A stretch of 64,000 nt of DNA from Octopus bimaculoides (lineage: Eukaryota): positions 55,458,530-55,522,529 of the forward strand of contig NC_068997.1 of assembly GCF_001194135.2 (NCBI RefSeq). The letters run 5' to 3'. Made by a program: the position numbers and the translations under genes. The notes beneath the pieces are model-generated. The model was not told where the DNA came from and did no database searches. It was given only the letters and a program-made list of their open reading frames with translations. Below are positions 12,880 through 23,276 of this stretch, piece after piece. Numbering within the stretch: position 1 is the first letter of the stretch; every line of letters starts with the position of its first letter.

Positions 12880-13270
12880 GGTGCAGGCGTGGTTGTGTGG
12901 TAAGGAGCTTGCTTACCAACCATATGGTTCCGGGTTCAGTCCCACTGCATGGCACTTTGGGCAAGTGTGTTCTACTATAGCCTTGGGCCTTGTGGGTGGA
13001 TTTGGTTGACGGAAACTGAAAGAAGCCTGTCATATATATAAGTATATATGTATATATGTTTGTGTGTCTGTGTTTGTTCACCCACCATCGTTTGACAACC
13101 GATGCTGGTGTGTTTATGTCCCTGTAACTTAGGGGTTCGGCAAAAAGAGACTAATATAATAAGTACTAGACTTACAAAGAATAAGTCCAGGGGTCGATTT
13201 GTTTGATTAAAAGTGGTGCTCCAGCATGGCCGCAGTCAAATGACTGAAACAAGTAAAAGAATGAAAGAGT
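12880..13270 (+). mobile_element. Near full-length tRNA-derived SINE family B
   Basis: Head ggtgcaggcgtggttgtgtggtaag..ggttccgggttcagtccc, core ggatttggttgacggaaactgaaagaagcc, internal TA/TG run, tail ggtgctccagcatggccgcagtcaaatgactgaaacaagtaaaag. Confidence 0.85.
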
Positions 13271-13922
13271 ACAGTGAATGTATGCGAGGAATATGGATGA
13301 AGCAAGGAGTAAATGAAAGCTGTAATAACCCTCCACAAATACAGTGATAGATGGGTTGGTAAACCCTTGAAAATATCAGTCTAACAGGTTATACTGCAGC
13401 TGCATTGTGAAGTCTACAACAAACTAACAACAACAGTGAAAGATATATATATATACACATAATTATTGATCATCTGGTTTCCAGCTGATCAGTTGCAGTT
13501 TGTTATCAAAATAAACTCCTTCCTGGGACTTAAAACAGCAGCTTATCTGCCCAGAAATGTTTACAAAGAATAATAATAAATGAAGAGAGCAAACAAGAAG
13601 CATCACTATCAAGCGATAGATTTACAGTGGTTAATAGCAATGAGAAATATTTTCACTGGGCCTCCCAAATGGACCAAAAGTTGCTGTTTGTTTACTGTTT
13701 CTATCTTTGAATAAATAGCAGCATCATGAAGCAAGAGATAATATTAACCAGGGAGTATATATTTTGGCACACCCAAACAGAAGGAACAGGAATGTAATTC
13801 AATTTTATACTCAAACTTTCTAATCCAAAACTCCATAATATTTTGTGACTAATATCATAAGTTTTAAACATTTAATATAGAAGTAGCTGTTCAGGATTCT
13901 TAAAAAAAATATTCAACATAGA

Positions 13923-14014
13923 GGCACAAGAGTGGCTGTGTGGTAAGTAGCTTGCTTACCAACCACATAGTTCTGGGTTCAGTCCCACAGCATGGAACCT
14001 TGGGCCAGTGTCTT

Positions 14015-14018
<4 letters not shown>
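13923..14018 (+). mobile_element. SINE family B head
   Basis: gagtggctgtgtggtaagtagcttgcttaccaaccaca..gggttcagtccc, close to the 12880 copy, running into (TA)n. Confidence 0.8.
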
Positions 14019-14051
<33 letters not shown>

Positions 14052-14109
14052 TTAATAAAATAGATGGAATAAAAGATTTTATTTAGTATGAACACCTAGT
14101 GATAATAAA

Positions 14110-14600
14110 ATGATAATACCGACAACCAGAATACTGAACAGAAACAATCCCTCCAGCGCTCGATGTACACAAACCACCAAAATCAAACCGTTATGCTCAT
14201 GCAGAGATAGATCCAATTGCCCTTTGGATAACCAATGTATGACTAAAAATGTTGTATACAAGTGCACTATAAACACTCAAAGAGTCCTCTACGTATATAT
14301 TGGGGCATCAACTGATTTTTTCAAAAATCGATACCGCAGCCACATCCCCAGCTTTAAAATATCCTTAAATGACATGTAACATCACTGGCCATTTTATCTG
14401 GTGGCTTAAGGAAGTGAAGACAAAATACAATCTTACATGGTCCATACTTAGACACATGAATCCCTACAACACTATATCCCGCAAATGCCAATTATGCTCC
14501 AAGGAATCACTCTTGATAATGTTGACAAGGGAGCGCATTATAAATAAATTCACTGAACAATTACTCAAATGCCTACATGCAGCCCAACACACATTTACAT
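14110..14600 (+). mobile_element. Penelope-like element (probably Neptune-type) C-terminal GIY-YIG endonuclease fragment, frameshifted near 14370
   Basis: ORFs 14110-14379 and 14369 onward give CSCRDRSNCPLDNQCMTKNVVYKC...YVYIGASTDFFKNRYRSH...FIWWLKE...WSIL...Y....[12 protein letters not shown]...[12 protein letters not shown]. This is a Cys-rich linker followed by GIY-YIG motifs typical of PLEs. Confidence 0.85.
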
Positions 14601-14604
14601 ACTA

Positions 14605-14968
14605 CAATCCAGATCATATATATATACATATATATACATATATATATACATATATATATATAGACATATATATATATACATATATATATACATATATACA
14701 TACATACATATATATATACATATATACATACATATATACATATATACATACCTACATATATATATACATATATACATACATACATATATACATATATACA
14801 TACATACATATATATATACATATATACATACATACATATATACATATATACATACATACATATATACATATNNNNNNNNNNNNNNNNNNNNNNNNNNNNN
14901 NNNNNNNNNNNNNNNNNNNNNNNNNNNNNNNNNNNNNNNNNNNNNNATATATATATATATATATATAA
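14605..14968. repeat. Compound (TA)n/(TATACA)n microsatellite spanning an N gap (14872-14946)
   Basis: Direct reading. Confidence 0.95.
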
Positions 14969-15135
14969 TTGTATCTGTGTTTGTACCCCACCCTACACCA
15001 TTTCTTGACAACCGATGTTGGTGGAATAAGTTCTAGGTTTACAAAGAACAAGTGTCCTGGAGTCAATTTGTTTGACTAAAGGCGGTGCTCCAGCATGGCT
15101 GCAGTCAAATGACTGAAACAACTAAAAGAATTGAA
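14968..15135 (+). mobile_element. SINE family B tail
   Basis: tgacaaccgatg..ataagt..tacaaagaac..gactaaaggcggtgctccagcatggctgcagtcaaatgactgaaacaa. Confidence 0.8.
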
Positions 15136-15837
15136 TTTGTCTATGACCAAGAAGTTCCCACTGGGAACCTATTTTTATTTGTGTTAAATACAATGTGGTT
15201 CACAGGGGCACAAGTAAATGTAGGTGATACACTTTCTAACCTTTTCAAACATGAAAATCAATGTATTTTTAGCAGTTTTTTTAACTAGAATTTACCATTA
15301 ATAACTGAGTAGTGTATAACCAAGTGATTCACTATTCAATCAGAATTCTAGAACTCTCTCTTATATACAGTTCTGATGCAATGGTGGAAATATGGAAAAT
15401 TCAACACTGGAATCTATTGATTATTCATACCATGTACATACGGCTATACTACTAACATATGTGTGTATAACTTTATACATACATGTATATACATGCAAGT
15501 ATGTGTGAATGTATCTATATAAATGCTACACATACATATATACATACACTTATACAACACCCTCTGCACACACACACATGCATGTGTACATTACATATAC
15601 ACTTATATACATACTGTATCTAAAGCAGGTGGTCTTTCAAATTCTGAGTCAAACTATCTTTTTTCTCTTTCAAATTATGTTTTAAAGTTATTTTACTGCT
15701 TCGAGAAAGATTTCTCATAGCAAATTTCTATACCCAGAACTTTTGAAGAAAAATTTATTTTGCAAATATATGCAAGTTCAGAATCATTCCTTTTGCGTGA
15801 ATTTGTGAAGTGTTCAAAGAAATAGAGTACAAACGTG

Positions 15838-15962
15838 GCTGACTTCTGTAACAAGTGCATCTGGCTTCTACAAATACAACTAACTTTTGAGGTAAGTGCA
15901 GCTAACTTCTGCAATGAATGCAAATGGCTCCTACCAAGTGCAGCTGGATTCTACTACAATAA
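15838..15962. repeat. Degenerate 19-22 nt minisatellite, about 6 units
   Basis: Units gctgacttctgtaacaagtgca / tctggcttctacaaataca / actaacttttgaggtaagtgca / gctaacttctgcaatgaatgca / aatggctcctaccaagtgca / gctggattctactacaata. Confidence 0.6.
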
Positions 15963-16091
15963 CTGCGTTTAAAAACTAATCTGTAATCATAATTTTGAAA
16001 ACAGTTAAAAGAAAGGAAAGATGTAACATTTCTGTTGTTGTATCAATGTAAGTTTTACATTCTTGCTGTCATGTTACGAAACCTGATAATC

Positions 16092-16177
16092 TTTTCTACT
16101 CTAGGCACAAGGCCTGGAATTTTGGGGGAGTGGGCCAGTCGATTAGACTGACCCCAGTATGCAACTGGTACTTAATT
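16092..16177 (-). mobile_element. SINE family A 3' fragment
   Basis: tctactctaggcacaaggcctggaattttggggg..gaccccagtatgcaactggtacttaatt. Confidence 0.7.
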
Positions 16178-18025
16178 CCTTCTCCAGTAGGAACTCAAAC
16201 ACCTCCTCCTTAACGACTTTTCAGTGCAATCATTTTAATCTAAATTTACTTCTTTTTAATTTAATGATGTTCTTTTTTTAATTCGTGTCATATTTATTTC
16301 TACAGCTGATAAACTAGTAATCTATGCTATTACCATTATGGTATTTTTCAATCAAGTTCTTCACTATATGCACCATTACTTCACAAATGTTTTTTTTTTC
16401 CTGTTGTGTAATCATTTTTATACCATCCTTGTACAATTCACTCAATACAATTTTTGTATTTCTCTGAACAAATTTCCTAAATATTTCAAAGTTTGTCTTT
16501 GCTTTTTGGCTCTACCTCTCTCTTCATTCTTTATCATCATTCTAGTTTCCCTTCTCATTTGATTATGCATCAGGCATTAGATATTTCTCTCTGTCATCTC
16601 TCATCATAGTCTCTAAGCATTCCCATAATCTTTCTTTCCTTTTTGTCAACAACCATAGTTTTCTGGTCATTGGTATTTCAGGATTAATTCTACATCTCAT
16701 TTTATCACTTTCCTGAAATTCTCAACAAGGAATATATTCATTTATTACCTTTGGAATTTACCCATAAAACCTGTCTCATATTTCGTCCACGTAATTTACT
16801 CCCTAAATGCACTCACCAATTTATCTCCAGTTTCAGTTTCAGAACTGCATTGTCGGCTTTCTCATTGAAGAAAACCATTCTTTTAACTCCTCTATCTGCT
16901 AGTTTTGCATCACATTTGAAATGATTGCCATCATGGTAACTTTAGCCTAATGGACTCATTATACATACATCATCCAACAATCCCTTCATCTTCACAAATT
17001 ACTAAATCAAGAACGTTTCCCTTTTCATTACTCCTGAATCTTGTTATGTCACGAATATGCTGTGTTAAATAACAATCTCTCTCTCTCTCTCCATATATTC
17101 ATATTCTAGAGTACCTTCTCCTGAAGCCACTGATTTCCAATCAAATTACAATTCCCCCATCACTAATTTACTCTTGGTTCTATACTCATTAATCTCCTGC
17201 AATAACTTCAAAACCCTATGTTGTTGTCATTGTTTTTGTTAGGAATTCTATCAATGGACACCATTAACACGTCATTATTTCTGATTTTTTCCTCTTTCTA
17301 CTCGTGCACTTGCAGAGATATTTCTCAAATTCTACCTTGCATAGCATAAAATAACATGCCTCTGTATTCTTTATTATTTGTTGTATGTTTTTTTTATGAT
17401 AATTCTTATCTTTCTACATCAGATTTCAAAAATAGTTGCCCAAATCTAAAAAACAATTGGTTTAAGTTTTGGAATTCCAGTCCCATCCAGTAACTGTTTA
17501 ATTTCCTCAGGCTTATCACATCTGCATTATTGAACATTATCTAAAATTGTTGGCTTCATCAATGTTTTTCTTTTCCCATTTATTTTTTATTTCCTTCTTG
17601 AATGTTGAACCCATCTTTTTCAACCTCTTCATTCATCTCTGCTGACTCTTCCTTCATTATTATTCTACCACATTTACATGGAATGGTTCAGTATTCACTT
17701 CAGATCTCTCTTCACATTCAGTACATCACATTCTCAAGGATTTTCCTTGACCATGTAAAAAAATCCCAGAATCCTTTTCACCTTCATTTCTAGCTTTAGC
17801 CTTCTCTCTGTTTCTTTTTTCTCCTTTATCTCTCCTTTGTCATGTGACATCCCAGTATTTCTGTACACTCTCACCTTTGCTTCCTTCATATTCTACACAT
17901 TTCTTATGATTCTTACCTTCAATTCATCATCCACTGTCCTATTCACACTTACATTACTCGCTGAACAATTTCCATTTTCTCAGAATATTCTTTTCTTTTC
18001 CTTATTTTTCCTGTTAGGTCTCTAA
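16178..18025 (-). mobile_element. Old, heavily degraded CR1/L2-type LINE (AP endonuclease and linker region)
   Basis: Minus-strand remnants resemble LVMG(DF)N near 17150-17170, LDLVIC..D..I.SPLG.S(D)H near 16930-17020, ..INEYIP near 16730 and EEVFEFL near 16200. Many stops and indels. Confidence 0.6.
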
Positions 18026-18186
18026 GTTCAAATCTGCTTTAATCTCCTCATGGAACTATTTTGCTTTTCTGATTTAACAGGCTCTGGATTTACTGATTTA
18101 TTTATTAACTTATTATTAACTACATATTCCTCCCGATATCTTAAATCGTAAAACATATTCATTGTTTATACTGGCCAGGTCTCATT

Positions 18187-18411
18187 TGACTCTTTAGCAG
18201 AATACTCAGTCAAATGTAAAACTCATTCATTCACATTGTTTTGAAATAATTATGCATTATTTTATAGCTTTGAGATTTCAATGAAGTGATTCTTTATGTT
18301 TTGAATGATATTGTCATATAGGTGTGAGAGGTCTGATCTTGCCAATTTGTACATAAAAAAAGGAGAACATTTTGGGCCAGATTCGACTGGTCTAAATGCT
18401 AAAGGGGTTAA
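18187..18411. mobile_element. piggyBac-type (TTAA) MITE, diverged copy
   Basis: Ends (tgac)tctttagc and gctaaaggggttaa; the interior aligns by eye with the 38658-38888 copy. Confidence 0.7.
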
Positions 18412-18423
18412 CCACACAAGTGG

Positions 18424-18761
18424 AGAACTGGTACTTAATTTATCGACCCAGAAAGGATGAAAGGCAAAGCTGACCTTGACAGAATTTGAACTCAGATCGT
18501 AGCGATGGGCGAAATACTGCTAAGCATTTCACCAAGTGTGCTAACGAGTCTGTCAGCTCAACACCTTTTGGCTGTATAAAAAAAACAACCCCAGACCCTC
18601 GGCTGGTTGATTGCAATGACCCCAGTACAAGACTGGTACCTATTTTTTCAACCCTGAAAAGATGAAAGACTAAGTCAGAATTTGATCTCTGTACGTAATG
18701 ATGAGTGAAGTGCTGTTGAGCATTCTACCAATGTGTCAATGGCTTTGCCAGCACACCACTT
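18424..18761 (-). mobile_element. Two SINE family A copies in the same orientation (18424-18566, 18605-18761)
   Basis: Core ctggtac..aggatgaaag..agaatttga and degenerate heads. Confidence 0.75.
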
Positions 18762-19352
18762 CAGTCACTGATTACATATTAATTTTTTTATTATGATTGA
18801 TATAGAATCATAAACATTATTAACACTTATAAATAATTAAATATGTTTTCAACATTCTTCTAATCAATGTATTTTTGCTGCTCTCCCAAGAAAAGGTGTT
18901 ATGTTGTAGAATAAATATGTGTTTGTAGTTCTTCAGATTCTCTGCATTAAGGACAGACTGAGTTCTAAAGAAAACATATTTAATGCATCTGAAATTCTAG
19001 GCTTCCAATTTACTGAGAACTTCTTTTTCTCTTAGATGTTTATGCAGTACTTCTTATGCTGTTTATTAGTGATACTTTAACGTGGTAAGATATCTGTTTC
19101 ATTTTAAATATATCATTTTCTAGTAAAAGACAGGAAAAAACCCAAACAAATTATCACAATATTCTTAGAAATTAATAATTTAAATAGGAATTTTAGTTTT
19201 ATAAAGAAGTGAAGAACACCAGAAAATTTGATAATATAAAATGCAACTAGGATTGGTATGTTTACTAACAACCATCTGAAAATGTCTCTTTCTCTCTCTC
19301 ATATACACTCATACAAGCACATACACATGAAAACACATAATAACATGTAAGT

Positions 19353-19407
<55 letters not shown>
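19353..19407. repeat. (CA)n microsatellite
   Basis: Direct reading. Confidence 0.95.
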
Positions 19408-19408
<1 letters not shown>

Positions 19409-19824
19409 CTAAATCTCTGTTGAGAGGTTAATATATCCTATTCTTTACGTAACTTCTATTGTATCATTTCTCTTTCTAGAGATAAAAGCAGGTAAATAAA
19501 TCTCTACCATTCCTATATCAAAGAATTTTCCTGATACCATAAACTGGGACCAGATGGACATTTAGAAATTCATTAAAGTATGAACATGCTTAAAGTATAT
19601 TTATTCCCCTGGGTATTTTGTTCCTGGAAGGAAGCAGTTTTATTGCCAGTCAGTCTTAATAAAATGAAGAAAGCCTACTTAAGGTTTAAATTAGTGTGAA
19701 ACTTGAAACTGACATAAAAGTAGCAATGTATTCTCGAGAAAAATGGTTGAAAGAACTGAGAATGAAACAAAGTTTGATAAAAGCTTTGGAAGTAACACCT
19801 TAACAAATGAAGATTATACTGTAC

Positions 19825-20240
19825 TGAATGATAATAATAATAATCCTTTCTACTGGAGGCACAAGGCCTCAAATTTGGAAGAAAGGATTAAGTTGATTAC
19901 ATCAACCCCAGTGCGTAACTGGTACTTATTTAATCGACCCCAAAAGGATGAAAGCAAAGTCAACTTCAATGGAATTTGAACTCAGAACATAGCGAAGGCT
20001 GGAATGCCACTAAGCATTTCGTCCAGCATGCTAACGATTCTGCCAGCTCACCGCCTTTAAAAAAAATATATTATAATAATAATAATAATCCTTTCTACTG
20101 CAGGCACAAGGCCAGAAATTTAGGGCAGGGGCAAGTCAATTACAGTGAAGTCAGTACTCAACTGGTACTTATTTTACCGGCCCCCCTAAAAGGATGAAAA
20201 GTGCTGACAACCTTGACAGTGTTTGAACTCAGAATGTAAA
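19825..20240 (-). mobile_element. Two tandem SINE family A copies separated by (AAT)n
   Basis: 19843-20057 is full length (cctttctact..cacaaggcc to gattctgccagctcaccgcctt); 20088-20240 is head-truncated. Each is preceded by (AAT)n. Confidence 0.85.
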
Positions 20241-20614
20241 GAATGAAAAACAAAATTATTTTTACATAAAACATAAAATCAGTTTTTGAGTTGTGTTGTC
20301 CAGAAGCTATTTTAAAGGGGCAAACAAGAACGTCAGAAGTTTAATATTTCACAGTACAGAATTATTATGTTTACTGAGAATGACCTGAAGTTGCCCCTGA
20401 TCCAGAATAAATCTTTGAATATTAATAACTGAATATTATATTTTATCCATATTCTTTTCATTGCAATTTTAGCTGCTGTTGCTACTATTTTGGTGTATTA
20501 GAAATTAAAAACTGGCAGGTCACAAAAATTTAAACTAACAGGATTTTCTGAAAAAGAAATAAAATATGAATTACTTCTAAAAAAAAAATGAAGGTTATGT
20601 TCTGTATTATTAAC

Positions 20615-20689
<75 letters not shown>

Positions 20690-20725
20690 GCACACACACA
20701 CATACACAAATACACACACATACAG
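20615..20725. repeat. Compound (TG)n(TA)n(CA)n microsatellite
   Basis: Direct reading. Confidence 0.95.
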
Positions 20726-21605
20726 ATATTTGTATGAATGCACTTTGATATTAGAAATGGAAGATAGGATATTGGTTTGTTTGTGCAGCTCCCAAAGGGC
20801 ATGAGGTAATAAACATGAAGTGAAATGGTTGTCACAAACATATTATAATGAAGCAGCGAATGGAGAGATTATTTGGAACTATGTTCCTGTCAACAGTGTT
20901 TGTCTCTGTTACCAGATACTGACAAAGAAATATATTCATCTGTTTATTTTTATCCCATTGAATACAGCCTGGGTGTGTTATCTCTGAAGCTACAAATATC
21001 CATCCATCCATCCAGCCAGCCATCTACAAATAGATGTATGTGTGTGTGGAGAGAGAGAGAGAGAGAGATAGGTAGATAGCCAGATGTGTATGTATGTATT
21101 ACCATTATCATCTCCATTTTGTGCCTGCCTTCCATGTGTTAGGTGAGACTGATGCCCCGAAAATCATCATTGTTTAACATCTGCTCTCCATGATGTCCGC
21201 TCTCCATGTGACTGTTCTTTTCAAACCATTGCAGTCATAGTCTCCTGGTGCTGTATGGACATTTAATGTGGTTTTAGAGTCAAAGTTTTGACTGCTATTT
21301 CAAGCATAGTGGTATCTCTTAGATACCCTAAATAATAATTTTTATAATAATTATTACCTCTGAGGTTTTTATTCCCATGCTGGCCACCTGATAAGATCGG
21401 TATTTTTAAATAACGATCTTATCCTTATTTATATACACAAATATATATACATATATATATATACACACATACAAACATAAACGTACATATATAGGCATAC
21501 ACACACACACACATGTATAGTGTATACACAATTGTGTAATCCTGGCTTGCTGTAAATCATTGTAACAACATATATATTTTGACTTTTGATGTAATTATGC
21601 GTGTA

Positions 21606-21643
<38 letters not shown>

Positions 21644-22271
21644 CGAAAGAAAAGGGAATGGTGGAATAGACAAACAAACAGAGAGATAGAGGAGTAGTAA
21701 AAGAACTGGAGAGAATGAGAGAAATTTTTTCCATCCTAAATTAGTATTTGTTGGTTAAATGTACATTTTGATGCCATTAAGATTTACTACTGTTTACCTT
21801 AACTTTCAAACAAACATGTTATTTCCTATACTTTTATTCTTACCATTTCCAAGAAAATATTTAAAAAATATAAAACAGAAAACAACTTTGTAAAAAAAAA
21901 AAAAAAATTCTGGAAGTGTGAAGGTATAAACATGGCATTGCTTGATAAATAAACAAAATAATGGTAATGTAGAATTTAATGCGAGTAATTCTGAACTTTG
22001 TTCATTTTTAATAGCAACTGTCCATATACCTAACTTGTAGTAAATTACTTTTATTTTCTGTATTTGAAGCAGAATTATTTCATGACTTTTTCATAATAAA
22101 GACAGAACAACTTATACATGAATTTAATATATGTGATTTATCAATACTGAGACATTATTGGTCCATGGAACACGATTGTTTATTATCAGTTTCAGCTAAT
22201 CCATCTCAATGTAGAAATGTCAATAGCTTTGTCTTCTATTAATAAAGGTAGCATATGAACATATGTGTGTG

Positions 22272-22318
<47 letters not shown>

Positions 22319-22382
22319 ATATAATGTAACAACATATATAGATATATATATATATGCATACACACACATACATATATATGTA

Positions 22383-22690
22383 TTGCAGTTCCATATTTAA
22401 GAGATGAGGAATTATGTACATTATTTACATTTGATGGATATTTGTCCTCATCTTGGTTGTTGTTAACAACGTTTCAGCTGATATACCCTCCAGCCTTCAT
22501 CAGGTGTCTTGGGGAAATTTCGAACCTGGGTTCTCATTCCTAAGGTATTTTTCAATGTTATTGTTATTATTATTATTATTATTATTATTGTTATTATTAT
22601 TCAGGTCACTACCTGGAATCAAACTCGGAATCTTGGGGTTAGTAGCTCGTGCTCTTAACCACTATGCCATATGCCTGAGGGCATATGTAT
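22383..22690 (-). mobile_element. Composite element (family D): tRNA-derived head, (AAT)n, then a Penelope-like terminal repeat containing a hammerhead motif
   Basis: Minus strand: ggcatatggcatagtggttaagagc (A box)..gagtttgattcc (B box)..(aat)n..ccccaagacacCTGATGAaggctggagggtatatcagctGAAAcgtt..tail ending in a TA/TG microsatellite. A short inverted copy of the head start (ggcatatg) follows at 22680. Confidence 0.75.
22461..22510 (-). ncRNA. Minimal type I hammerhead ribozyme motif (probably decayed in this copy)
   Basis: CUGAUGA at 22503-22497, one extra A, stem II ggctg/cagct with 10-nt loop, GAAA at 22475-22472, palindromic ACGU helix III, GUU triplet, predicted cleavage at 22468/22467. 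Helix I (aagacac) pairs only 2 bp here. Confidence 0.6.
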
Positions 22691-23238
22691 TACTTTAATA
22701 CTAAATTATGATGAACACATAAAACAGTGTGAATCAAAACAATTTGAATGTAAATATGCTAATTTTGATTCAGAGATATGAGGTTAGTTTTCACTGAAGA
22801 AATATAATGATTTTGAAACATTGGTGTCTCAGAGTAATCCTTACATCACTAAACCGAGGTGATGTCAGCACACATCTTTTGAAGGGCGGAGTTGCTGTCC
22901 CAACATGAAATTCACCAGTGATTAACAATCGTATTTAAATCTGCTGGAAAGTGTTAAGGATGAATATATTATTGTCATTAATTGAATACTTACCTCTTCA
23001 TGAATATAATTATTATAAATGGTGTTAATATTTGGGGTTGGCATTAAGATAGCTTAATATGATTATTTTAATATTTCAGACTTTTACTTCATCCTTAGGG
23101 ATGGGAAAATTGTTCAATATTTATATGTTCACCATATTTTGATCAGTTTGATTTCTCATCAGTTTGTCATGTTCCTGAATGTGTACATAGACTCAGACTA
23201 GACTTAAATTAGGATCCTTTATTCAGGAACTAATTAAA

Positions 23239-23276
<38 letters not shown>

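Noticed and set aside
14569-15066. Long ORFs rich in YI/YT/VC/HT dipeptides here and at 5407-5724, 20498-20841, 31930-32350, 40581-41368
   Set aside because: They are translations of (TA)n, (CA)n and (TG)n microsatellites, some running through N gaps.
22600-22676. tRNA genes
   Set aside because: All tRNA-like segments are SINE or family D heads. They have A and B boxes but no closed acceptor stem and continue into repeat bodies.
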